Shown here: piece by piece, positions 13,073 to 24,714 of the stretch
Numbering within the stretch: position 1 is the stretch's first letter
Layout of the letters: every line of letters starts with the position of its first letter
From: Pavona decussata
Taxonomy: Eukaryota
Length of the DNA: 64,000 nt
Direction of reading: 5' to 3'
NCBI GenBank assembly: GCA_977016875.1
Contig: CDRNST010000011.1
Coordinates: 1,798,001 to 1,862,000 of the forward strand
Notes under the pieces: model-generated
The model's input: the letters and a program-made list of their open reading frames with translations, nothing else
Told to the model about the DNA's origin: nothing
Database searches by the model: none
Translations under genes and position numbers: made by a program

Positions 13073-13681
13073 AGTGCCCCTAACCCTTCAATTTGTTTTC
13101 TTTTAGTAGATTTCCATATCTTTCAAGAACTCATTTTCGAAAAAAATTTTGAGAAATATTGAATCCTTTTCTTTTTACGAGCGCTAGAAGTGAAGGCGGT
13201 CTTGTCGATAATTTCACCTATCGTTCGCATTAGTCCCCCACTCGGCCAAATATGGAGCGTGACGTAAGAAAAGGACATCGTGCAAAAATATCCGAAGATT
13301 CGCAGCAATGCTTCAATTGTAAACAGAGAAAATGGTTAAAAAATGTGTGGTTTTTGGATGCAGCAACTCTCGAAATGTAGAGAAAGGAATCAGCATGCAT
13401 AAGATTCCTTCTGAATCCTTCTGGTGTCCTTCTCTTACGTCACAGCTAAGAAAGTGTCAAATATCAGACGGTTCTCATTGGCTCGTTCCTAATGAGCCCA
13501 CGAGACAAAAGTTTGTCCAGCGGGGCTTAAAGCGCGCAAAAATTTAAAAATTTTAGTAACTTTTAGCGTTCGTAAAAAAAAAAAAAGGATTCAATATTTC
13601 TAAAAAAAAAATTCGAAAATGAGTTCTACACAGATATGGAAATCTACCAAAAAGAAAACAAATTGAAGGGTTAGGGGCACT
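13073..13681. mobile_element. Non-autonomous Kolobok-like DNA transposon with a THAP-domain fragment
   Basis: TIRs over 100 bp with AG...CT ends, TTAA on both sides (13069-13072 and 13682-13685); ORF 13332-13547 MVKKCVVFGCSN...SMHKIP is the start of a THAP domain; empty site in the paralog near 7270. Confidence 0.8.
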
Positions 13682-14211
13682 TTAAAGTTGGCTCGAATAC
13701 ATAATCATTTTCAACTTGCGAAAGGGAAGTGAACTTTTTGTATTGCGACCAGGGGTCTTGAAATCTTGGGTCCACTGTACAGCTGCTAGCTGTAGATGAA
13801 CTAAGGCAGATTCTACAAACGTGAACGAAGGAATCAGAAACCCAACGAGAGGGCTGTGAATGTGTAATGAAGATTTAAGGTGATTTCAAGAACATGGTCA
13901 AGCATAAGTTTCATATTTCAACGAAAGGAGTAATGATTCGGTTACTGAAAGTCTGACTTTAGAATCTATTGCCGGTAAATGATAATGATGGCCAAAATTT
14001 GAAGAGCACTTCAAGAACATTCACTCATTGCAATTTTATAATGTTCTCAAATGTGAGCTACCGATCGAAACAACCTTTTCACTGTAAGCAGCTAACTTAT
14101 GTGTGCTGATATTCAATTGCATACATTAAATGTTAAACTGAGGAAATGCATTACTATTTACGGAAATGATTTCCTGTTACGACTCTCGAACCAGACGAGG
14201 TAAAAGTTCAC

Positions 14212-14212
<1 letters not shown>

Positions 14213-14269
<57 letters not shown>

Positions 14270-14280
14270 TTAATAATAAA
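14213..14280. repeat. (AAT)n microsatellite
   Basis: Direct reading of the sequence. Confidence 0.95.
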
Positions 14281-14696
14281 ACAATAAACTAATCATAATG
14301 TATACTGAAGAGCGAAGCAGAAACTGCAGTACAAAGATTTCTGTATTTCTAAAAGCAATTGTGGTTGAACAACATCAAAGCCAAAAGCCATACTACGCAG
14401 TTGTATTTGGAAATATTAAAAGATTTAGATCTTGCTTTTAAACTAAAATGCACATCCTTTTCATTTTTACACGAGTTTCAACACAACAATATAAGCAAGA
14501 AGAACTTATTTGAATAACAAAAGCATCTCTGTAACCTTAGTTGAGTCTAAAAGGGATCAAACAGCAATTGAAGTTTTAAGCTTATTACATCGATCATTGT
14601 GAACATTTCAGTTTTCTTGCTTCATTTGACCGTCATTCAAAAGTTTCCTTTAAAACATCGACTGAGCTTGTGGTGTCAACACTGATTCACTAATTA

Positions 14697-15108
14697 AAAG
14701 GAGTAGCAGAACCCTGAGGGAGGTCTTTGGTCACATCGTGTTCAGTTTTACAAGAGGCGTGACAGAGCACTTCAACCCGGATACAAAGCACAGGCCGAGA
14801 GTGGTATTGTTACCCTGTTGATGAGGTTATTTACCAAGAAGACATCGACAGAGAAGCCACAAGCGGGAACTTCCTAGCAACAAGGCGTTTTAATGTAAGG
14901 GTTATCGATGCATGCTCACCAGAGGAAAATAAAGAAACACACGAAAATGAACAAGATGAAGGCAGAGCCATCACCTCTGCGTACAGTTTGTAAATCAATG
15001 TATATTGGAGCTTTGATTTCGATTCTTTCCGCCTCCATTGTAGGCATCATGTTCATACTGGTCTCTTACATAGGCTACTAAACTTACCATGACTGCCAAT
15101 TTCATTCT
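14697..15108 (+). pseudogene. 5' fragment of the membrane protein family (subtype B-like)
   Basis: ATG mutated (aaaaggagtagcag); matches the first ~160 codons with internal deletions; truncated at caatttcattc. Confidence 0.85.
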
Positions 15109-16431
15109 AGGTTAGCATTAGATTTTTCGAATTATACTTTATAATCTTCACGCCCGTAATGAAAAACAGCATTTTCATTTCAGGTAGGGCTAATGTGCCA
15201 AAAAACTGTGGTTCAGCATAATGACTTTTTGGAGTTTCCGAAGCTTACAAAATCACAGCGTTCAACCGCAAATGAGCATTGGGAGACTCTATCGATAACT
15301 CTCTGGTTGTTGGCTTTTACGTATACGTTAAAAATGCTGTAATAAAACGACATCCGTTTGCACTTTCTTAGATGTTCCAGCGACGGTCAAACTATCGCAC
15401 TCTATGAGAGTTTCGAAGTTTTGAGTTGGTTTGCGTACATCATCATTTTCAACCTGCGAAAGCGAAATATAAGTTTCGTATGTATCACCCATAAATGTAA
15501 TAAAAACCATAAATGCAATAAAAATTAACATAAATATAGTAAACCCACTCACCAAAAATTTAATAAAATTTAACCATAAATCGGATAAACTAGCGCAACT
15601 CTTTGCCAATTTTGAGGGTCCATTAATGATTAAAGCTGAGCATGTACTAAAACAAATTCCAGAAACGTGAGTGAAGAAATCCGAAACCCAACAAGAGTGC
15701 TGTAAGTGTTCAATAAAGATATAAGCATAAGTGTAATATTTCGAAAGGGCGATGATTCAGTTCGAATCTATTGACAATAAATTGACAATCAATTGAGCAA
15801 TCGTTTCTTATTCACACTTTCTCTTTTGTTAGAACCTTCTAATAAGAACTTTCAGGCTGGGATTGGCCAAAAGTTTATTAAGAACATTCAAATGTGACCC
15901 ACCAAATATTCCTTTCGCAGCGCACAGCTGCCGGTAGAGAGATATAGCATAAATGTTAAACTCAATAGTTTCCGTTGACTACTCTCGAACCATGCAAAAC
16001 TAAACTAGGCAAACGATGCAATTAAACCGAGTTCACTGAGGAGCGAAGCGGAAACTGTACATGCATCGCAAAGATTGTTGAATTAATTTTCTAAATGAAA
16101 TAAATAAAACAACGAGTCATATCATCGCTGATTGAGCGGATGATCTGTGGTAAAGTGATGATTTGGATCTCGCGCTTCAAGTGGAATGTGTAGCAGAAGA
16201 CCGATAGAGATTCTTTGACTACAACAGTGTGTTCATTTTGACACGAGCTGGAACACAACAAAACAATACAGAAGAACTTCAATGCGCCAAAGAATGTCAC
16301 TGAGAAACCTTGGCGAAGTCTAAGAGCGATCGATCACTAGCAACTGAAGTTTCTGGCTTATAATACTGATTAATGTGAACATTACCTTATTTGATCGTCA
16401 TTGCTAGCGCCATACCGATTCACTGATCAAA

Positions 16432-18079
16432 ATGAGCGGCAGTACCCTGATAGATGTCGTTGGTCACATCGTGTTCAGTTTTACAAGAGGTGTCACAGAG
16501 CACTACAACCCAGAAGAACCTGAATTCACTGCAGAGTCTTTTGGCTACAATCCTCTAGAAAGCACAGGACGAGAATGGTATTATAATCCTGTTGACGAGC
16601 TTATTTACCAAGAATACAGCGACAGAGAAGCCACAAGCGGAGACTACCTAGCAAGAAGGCGTTTTAATGTAAGGGTTATGAATGCATGCTCACCAGAAGA
16701 AAATGAAGAAACACAGGAAAATGAACAAGATGACGTCAGAGCCATGGCGTGGAAGCGACTGAGACCATCAGCTCTGCGAACAGTTTGTAAATCAATGTAT
16801 ACTGGAGCTTTGATTTCACTTCTTGCTGCTTTCTTTGTTGGTACACTATGCATCCTGGTCTCCTACATATGCTACAAAACTGTGCTCGACTGTGAATTTC
16901 ATGGACAGAAAGTAATTTCAAAAAACGTCCAATGGACGAGGACAATTTCTCAAATTATCTGTTGTGCTTTTTTGTACATTTGGTTCTTTGTAAGCATGCA
17001 ATTTCTTTTCCGACCTTTTCAGTTGAAGGGAGTGAAAAGGCAAATGTTCCTAGTGAGTTTCCTTACATACGGTTTGGATGCGGTTTATCGAGTTGGTCTA
17101 CAAGCACTAGAGATATCTCATTCCGACGTTTCCAACTTACAAAAGATCCCGCTCAACGTTATCTTTCTATCAAACGTTGGCTTGCAAATATATATTTTAA
17201 CAATTCACTTCTGCAGGGGCTCAAGACGACAGAAGCTAGCCTTCTTCTTCCAAATGTCTTCACCCAATTGTTTATGCGTTATCGTTGCTATGACTATTGT
17301 GTATTGCATTTATCCAGCGTACCGAAAACAAAATAGTAAAGGAAAACTCTTTATTGCACTTTTCGCTCCTCTCATTGGAGTAGTTGCTAAGGTCATCTCG
17401 CGAATTTCTGTTCAGTGGTTACGAAACTCTGTCCATCCGGGATATTCGTATGTCTTACTTGCGCCGTTCTATTTTGGAACAGCAGTTATGTTTCGAGTTT
17501 TACAAGCGGATCTTGACAGTTTACAATCCATCGCTATTCTTGGTATAGTTCACGGTGCTGCAGAAGTCATAGAACGAAGCACCATGATTGTGATTGATCA
17601 CATTTGCCACACACTATGGAAAAGACAATCAGCTCCTTGGGGAAGTTTTCGCACACCTCGCCGTGAGAGACTAACGGCTGATCTCGCCATTACAAGCATG
17701 TTGTATGAATCAACTGCAATTGTGTCAGTTAATGGCTTCTTGTACTTGTATCAATTGATATTCTTAAAAAGCAATACCATTATAAAAGTGCTGCAATATT
17801 TTGCCATCACTACCTCAGTTCAGCTGGTGATTGAGTGGTTTTTACCAGCGTGTCTTTAGCGATCGAGACTCGTTACCAAAACATTACGGTAATGGCCGTT
17901 TGGCGAAAACGATGGAAAAGACACATTTTTATGACATTGTGAACGCTATTCCATCAGCTATATGGGCTAGCACTAACCTTTTAGTTATTGTACATGGGCG
18001 CTTTCCAGAAGCTTTAAACGAACATTGTAAAATGCCATTTAGTTGGGAGAAACGAGGCTTCAATAATAGCACCAGTTAG
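16432..18079 (+). pseudogene. Membrane protein family copy 3 (subtype A body), frameshifted near the C-terminus
   Basis: ORFs 16432-17859 and 17831-18079; one T missing in the T-run at ~17840; ancestral stop TGA changed to TGG. Confidence 0.75.
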
Positions 18080-18187
18080 TGCAACCTCTTAGGTTTAACC
18101 TCATCGGCTGCAACTAGTTAGGGGGAATGGGAAAGGAACTAACATTGCTACCACTAAGAGAGCTCTTCTCCCATAGCAGACGCTTTA

Positions 18188-18438
18188 NNNNNNNNNNNNN
18201 NNNNNNNNNNNNNNNNNNNNNNNNNNNNNNNNNNNNNNNNNNNNNNNNNNNNNNNNNNNNNNNNNNNNNNNNNNNNNNNNNNNNNNNNNNNNNNNNNNNN
18301 NNNNNNNNNNNNNNNNNNNNNNNNNNNNNNNNNNNNNNNNNNNNNNNNNNNNNNNNNNNNNNNNNNNNNNNNNNNNNNNNNNNNNNNNNNNNNNNNNNNN
18401 NNNNNNNNNNNNNNNNNNNNNNNNNNNNNNNNNNNNNN
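18188..18438. other. Assembly gap (N run)
   Basis: Run of n characters. Confidence 1.
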
Positions 18439-20288
18439 TTGAATGAATGGAATGAAAGGACGAACAAGCGTAGACATATCAAGAGTAAATAACTCAATGG
18501 GAAACCATGCAATTTTAAAAGTACTTATTGGGCCACTGAGCCTTAATTATAAAGATAAACTATGCAATTATGTGACAAAAGATAGATGCCTAATTTTTTA
18601 GCAAATGCGCCTTGTGCTGGTGGAAAAAAAAGAGGGAACAACATTTGTCGTAGTGTTTGTAGTTGTTTTTGGTTTAAGTAAATAAAAAATTCAAGCATAG
18701 TAATGAAGTTTTTTAAAGGCTTAGAGCTGAGAAATTCCAGCAAATGGCAATTATATTAATCATAACTGAATTTAAGGGGTTAATTTCGAGTCGTGGCAAA
18801 CAAGTTTATTTCAGTTGTTCCTTCTCCCTGAACTGTTTCTTGGCCACATTAAGTCATTTTAAAAATAAAGGATTGTGAAGAGGCCAAACCAGGAAGAACT
18901 ACCACATTCACTGCGTGGGAGAACACATAAGAAGCCAGAGGCGTCTTTTCCATTCTTCCCTAGCCTGGTCGTTTCACCAACTGACTTCTTTTTGCGACCG
19001 ACTCTTGTCCTATGTTAACACCAGGCCTACCATCCTCAGTTGACGCCATTTGGAATTTGGCGAATGAAAGCTGGAAAACGTTAGTCTAACATTTTGGTGT
19101 TCAGATATAAAGCTCGCGTGCACCGGTCATAACAATTTCCCTTCAAACCAGCTAACATTGGTGACATTTGCTTAAAAAACAACTCGCTGACATTTTAGAA
19201 GTTAGGTGGGCCCTCTAGCTTCCGTTCCATATGGCCAATCACAATGCAGGAACTGTACACTGGCGGTGTTGTCAAGCTCCGCGTTTGACCTTTTTTGCGT
19301 TTGTCATTCAACCCCTCTTGTTTTCTGGATTCTGATTGGACCGTTTCTTAGCAAGTTGCCCATCAAAAAGTTGATCAGTTTAGTCTAAAAACCTTACTGG
19401 AACAATTTAAGACGGTAGAGAACCCAAATGAATAAGGGCACGAACGGCACACGCATCGAAGTCCCATACGAGGCGCCCAACCGAAAAATTAAATCAAAAT
19501 AACATGATACTAGGAATGCCAGTTCCTTTCATTTTCCTAAGTGCAGAACTAACATAAGACGTTTTTCGTTCAATACCAAGGTCCCTTGTTTTTTAATTCG
19601 CTTAGTCCAGACGTTGTAAGTTCAGTTAGTGTTTCTACTTTTCAAAAAAATCTGAAGAAACGTCTTCTTACTTAACTTACTCCTTTCCCTCCACCCCTTC
19701 CTCTTCTTCTTTTTCTTTGTCAGCTTTGTCTTCCCTTTTTGATACCTTTTTCTTTCGTATTACTGTTACTCTGCCGTTGCCGTTCAGTTAAATTAATATT
19801 AAGTTTATTCTTTGTAATGAAGCATGGAAAGCCCACGTTGTATAAGCCTCGTGGTTTCTTTGGGCTTTCCTGCCATACTTAAACAAATTTCTGTAAATTA
19901 ATATTGTATCATAACAAGGTGGTGGCGAATAAAAACAAAAAACAAAAAAGAAGTAAGGTATAACTTTATTTAACGTCCAAACGTAGGGAGTGGTCGCCCA
20001 GTCTCTCGAGCCAGGGGATCATGTAAAAAACGCTCGACTTAAGAAAATACAAATGTAATACATATATAAAGAGAGATCAAGGTAAGATAGTGAAAATACA
20101 AATATGTACAAATACAAATATAAAACTACAAAGGACCTGTAGCCTGGAAACAGTCACAAGCAATGAACAAAGCCGGAAGATCATGCCGGCACCCGGAGAC
20201 GGAATTTACAAGGGATATGTACGATCCGGCGAGCAGAAATGTCAAGGACGGATTGTGATTGAATTTTTATAGAAAAGGAAGTGACTTA

Positions 20289-20768
20289 AGCCGGTGACAC
20301 ACTCTAAGAATTTATATGCCGATCGCCGCGATCGCCGGCGAAAATCGCCAAGTATGTCCGGTGCAGCGATTAGGATTTTTCGTCGATCGCCGGGATCGGC
20401 GTTTAAAATCGCCGTATCTGGCATGTCAGATATCGGCGATTAAATTCGTCGGCATTCGCATCAATCGATGGCGATTAAACCCCATTTACACGAGCAAAAA
20501 GATCGGCACGGCACCCCAAAATTTCGAAATTTTAGTGGTGCCGAGACCACCTCGCGAGGTGGTCTCGGCACTCCTAAAATTTCGGGCACCAGTGCCGTAT
20601 AATTTTTGGGCACACTATGTTTACACGCTTAAAATCGGGAGTGCCGTGCCAAAAAGTTGGCGACACCGTACCGAAATTGTGGGGTGCCGTGCCGATCTTT
20701 TTGCTCGTATAAATGGGGTTCAAATTCGCCGCGATCGGCGAATATAATTACCTAGTATGTCTCCGGCT
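20289..20768. mobile_element. PIF/Harbinger-type MITE with TTA TSD, containing a nested MITE
   Basis: agccggtgacacact ... agtatgtctccggct with tta on both sides. Confidence 0.75.
20478..20720. mobile_element. Nested Harbinger-type MITE
   Basis: aaccccatttacacgagcaaaaagatcggcacggcacccc ... ggggtgccgtgccgatctttttgctcgtataaatggggtt, about 40-bp near-perfect TIR. Confidence 0.8.
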
Positions 20769-22510
20769 TTAGGAAAGAAATAAAAGTGGAATAGAAATTT
20801 TGTATACAACGCCGGACAGTCGCTTTGTGAGGCATGTGAGCTTCCGGGTTGCCTGCAGACTTTTTTTGGTATCCACGTAGATCTATTAATTATCACCGTC
20901 AAACTTTCAGTTTTTTTCAACTTAAATCACGTTTCCTCAAAAACCCATCAATTCCGTCATTTCCTTTCTTTAAAAACCCCATGAAAAACGTGAAGGAATG
21001 ATAGAGCTCCCTGCCAAAAAAGCAAAACTAACTTGCTCTTTTTAAAGGGCAGAACTCTTTAATTTGATATTTTTATTTAATAGTTTTCTTGATACCGAGT
21101 TTCGCAGAGTTTCACTTTCTGTCCGTATAGTAGTTTTTTTATTGCTCCTTTTTACTTCATTTTAGTTGGTCTTGTAGAATTTCATTTAAAGGTTGGCGTT
21201 AGAGTCAGAAAATAGTACTTGACAATCTTCATTTCCCTGATAAGAAACAGCATAATCAGTTTGTTGGTGGGACTAGCGAGCAAAAAATTGTGTCCCACAA
21301 AATGACGCTATTAAGTTTCAGTCGAAGCTAAAACGAATCATAGCGTTCAACTGACCTCAATGTTCCCCAAAGTAATACCGGCAATAAACAAACGTTTTAT
21401 ATCTCTCTGAAAATGAATATTGGTAGTACTCTATTGGTAACTCTCTGGTTGTTAGCTTTTACCTTAAAAAAAAATGCTGTAGTAAAACGACATCCGTTTT
21501 CACTTTCTCAGTTAATTGCTCCGCCGGCGACGACCAAACTATATTAATATTGCAGTTTTTGGGAGTTGGAAGTTTCGAATTTTGCAGTTTGTTCGTATAC
21601 ATTATCATTTTTAACCTGCGAAATCGAAAAACAAGTGGCGTTGTTCGAACAACTCTTTGAAAATCTTGGGTCCACTATATATAGCTGTGCATGTACCAAG
21701 ACAGATTCAAGAAACGTGAGCGAAGGATTCAGAAACCCAACGAGAGGGCTGTGAGTGTTTAATAAAGATATAAAGCTAAGAACATGATGAAGCATAACTG
21801 AGTGCAATAATTTGAAAGGATGACTTTTTAGTTCGAACCTATAGACAATGCTCTAAAGTGTTACACACCGAGCAATCGTTCCAATACACACTTTCTGTTT
21901 TGTAACAACATTTTTAACAAAAACGTTCAGGCTGGGATTGACCAAACGTTTAATGGCATTCTTATCGCCGTTCAGCCTTTCTCTTTGTACTGTTCTCAAA
22001 TGTTACCCACCAAAAAATCAGATCCTTTCGCTGTACAGAGCTGTGTGCAAAGACATAGATTAAATGTTAAACTTGACGGTTTCTCTGGCCTGTGGCGACT
22101 CTCGAACCACATAAAGCAAAACTTGTTAAAAATAAAAACATAATCAAACTGTATTTGCTGAGGAACGAACCGGAAACTGTATATGCAGCGCAACGATTTT
22201 TGCATTAATTTTCTAAACGAAATAAATAAAAGAATGACAAAGGCAAAAGTCATATTGAGCGGTTCTATCTGTGGTGTATTAATGATTTGTAACTCGCGTT
22301 TCTTGAACAAGTGGAACGAGTAGCAGCAAACCGATAAAGATTGTTGGACCAGTTTGCGTTCATCGATCAGCAATTGAAATTTTTGGCATATTATGCCGAT
22401 CAATCAAAGTGTGAACATTTCAGTTTCCTTGCCTCATTTGATCGTCATTCCAAAAATTTCCTTAAAACATCGACTGAGCGTGTGGTGTTAATACCGATTT
22501 ACTGATCAAA

Positions 22511-24127
22511 ATGAGTAGCAGTACACTGATAGAGGTCTTTGGTCACATCGTGTTCAGTTTTACAAGAGGCGTGACAGAGCACTACAACCCAGAAGAACCT
22601 GAATTCACCGCGGAGTCTTTTGGTTACAATTCTCTAGAAAGCACAGGTCGAGAATGGTATTGTCGTCCCGCTAATGAGCTTATTTACCAAGAATACAGCG
22701 ACAGAGAAGCCACAAGCGGAGACTTCCTGGCAAGAAGGCGTTTTAATGCAAGGGTTATCAATGCATGCTCACTAGAGCAAAATGAAGAAACACAGGAAAA
22801 CGAACAAGATGACGAGAGAGCCATGGCGTGGAAACAACTGAGACCATCAGCTCTGCGTACAGTTTGTAAATCAATGTTTATTGGAGCTTTAATTTCACTT
22901 CTTGCTGCTTCTATTATAGGCACCGTGTTCATGCTTGTCTCTTACACAGCCTACAAAGCGTACCTTAACTGCCAATTTTATTCAAAGAAATCGATTCCAG
23001 TCAAAGTAGAATGGATGATAACAATTTCTGAAATTGTTTCTGCTGCTTTTCTGCATGTGTGGTTCTTTGAACTGATGCTATTTCTTTTTCGCCCATTTCA
23101 GTTAAAGGGGGTGAAAAGAAAGCTGTTTCTGGCGAGCTTCCTTGTATTTTGCTTGGACACACTTTATACGGTTGCTCTTCAAGCGCTAGGAATATCACAA
23201 TCCTTGCTGCCCAACATAGAAAATATCCCACTCAACGTTCTCTTTCTTTTCAGTATAGCTTTGCAGATCTACATCTTAACGATTCACTTTTGCACAGGTT
23301 CAAGAAACCGGAAACTGGCTTTCTTTTCCCAGATGTTTACACCACTTTGTTTGTGTTACTTCCTAGCCATCATCATAGCGTATTGTATTTATCCAGCGTA
23401 CAACAAACAAAACAGAGACGGCAAACTGCTAATCGCACTCTTCGCTCCTCTCACTGGAGTCGTTCTGAAAGTGATATCACGAACTTGTGTTCAGATGTTG
23501 AGGAGAACCACACATCCGGGATATTCGTATGTCTTACTTTCACCGTTCCATTTTGGAACAGCAGTTATGTTTCGAGTTTTACAAGCGGATCTTGACAGTT
23601 TAGAATCCATCGCTATCCTTGGAATAATTCACGGTGCGGCGGAAGTCATAGAACGAAGCACCATGGTTGTGATTGATCACATTTGTCACACACTATGGAA
23701 AAGACAATCAGCTCCTTGGGGAAGTTTTCGCACTCCTCGCCGTGAGAGACTAATGGCTGATATTGTTATCACGAGCATGTTGTCTGAATCAACTGCTATA
23801 GTGACTGTTAACGGCTTCTTGTACTTCTATCAATTTATATTCTTAAAAGACCATTCTTTTTTAAAATTGCTGCAATATTTTGTCATTTATACTTCAGTTC
23901 AGCTGTTGATTGAGTGGTTTTTTAACAGCGTGTCTCTAGCGATCCAAACTCGTTTTCAGAATATAGCCGTCATGGCTGTTTGGCGAAGACAATGGAAGAG
24001 GCACATTTTTGTGGCCATAGTAATTGTAATTCCATTAGCTATATGGGTTAGCACTTATCTCTTAGTAATAGTGCACCGGCGCTTTCCGGAGGCCCCAAAT
24101 CAATCTTGCAAAATGCCTTTCACTTAA
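22511..24127 (+). CDS. Uncharacterised multi-pass membrane protein, copy 4 (subtype B), intact
   Basis: 538-aa ORF, paralog of 564-2177. Confidence 0.85.
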   Translation: MSSSTLIEVFGHIVFSFTRGVTEHYNPEEPEFTAESFGYNSLESTGREWYCRPANELIYQEYSDREATSGDFLARRRFNARVINACSLEQNEETQENEQDDERAMAWKQLRPSALRTVCKSMFIGALISLLAASIIGTVFMLVSYTAYKAYLNCQFYSKKSIPVKVEWMITISEIVSAAFLHVWFFELMLFLFRPFQLKGVKRKLFLASFLVFCLDTLYTVALQALGISQSLLPNIENIPLNVLFLFSIALQIYILTIHFCTGSRNRKLAFFSQMFTPLCLCYFLAIIIAYCIYPAYNKQNRDGKLLIALFAPLTGVVLKVISRTCVQMLRRTTHPGYSYVLLSPFHFGTAVMFRVLQADLDSLESIAILGIIHGAAEVIERSTMVVIDHICHTLWKRQSAPWGSFRTPRRERLMADIVITSMLSESTAIVTVNGFLYFYQFIFLKDHSFLKLLQYFVIYTSVQLLIEWFFNSVSLAIQTRFQNIAVMAVWRRQWKRHIFVAIVIVIPLAIWVSTYLLVIVHRRFPEAPNQSCKMPFT

Positions 24128-24557
24128 GAATGGTAAGGGTTCAATAACAGGACTCTTTCAAGCTCTTGGCTTCACTGTCCTCGACTGTAACAAGTGAAAC
24201 GCAATTTGGGCAAAGCAGGTAGACAGAAGAAGCTGTTCATTTGGTGACGTGGGAATTAATTGCTGATCTTCGTCCAGCAAGTGGTCAGTCTTTCAAAAGC
24301 TGAATGCGTCACAGCAGTTTGGCACCTTCACAAGTACGCCAAGCAGACGAGGACTTGAGCTTGGTCAGGTCAAGACGGTATCAGATGTGATGCTGAACTT
24401 TGTTTGTCCGAGAAGGTTGGCCCAAAGTTTGTCATCAAAAGTAGCACACTTAATCTGCTTTTAAGAGGAAAGTAGACCTTGCCTCGAGACTGGCTATTGA
24501 ACAGTAACTGTTCATAAGTTTTTACAAGTATGTAAATAGTGCAAATGGTTATAAGTT

Positions 24558-24714
24558 AATGTTTGTGTGTCCTATGGGTATAATACACAAAGTAAAACAA
24601 AACGAACCAATAGAATAGGAAACGAAAGTCTTAAGTCTCAAGACATTCGTTTCTTATTCTATTGGTTCGTTTTGTTTTACTTTGGGTATTATGCCCATAG
24701 GACACACAAATATT
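24558..24714. mobile_element. Foldback/palindromic insertion
   Basis: ~75-bp arms tttgtgtgtcctatggg...aaacgaa and ttcgtttc...cccataggacacacaaa; absent from the paralogous 3' flank near 10300. Confidence 0.75.

Noticed and set aside
18114-18512. ORFs of 107-132 aa
   Set aside because: Artifacts of translating across the N gap
20316-20747. 143-aa ORF
   Set aside because: Lies entirely within nested non-coding MITEs
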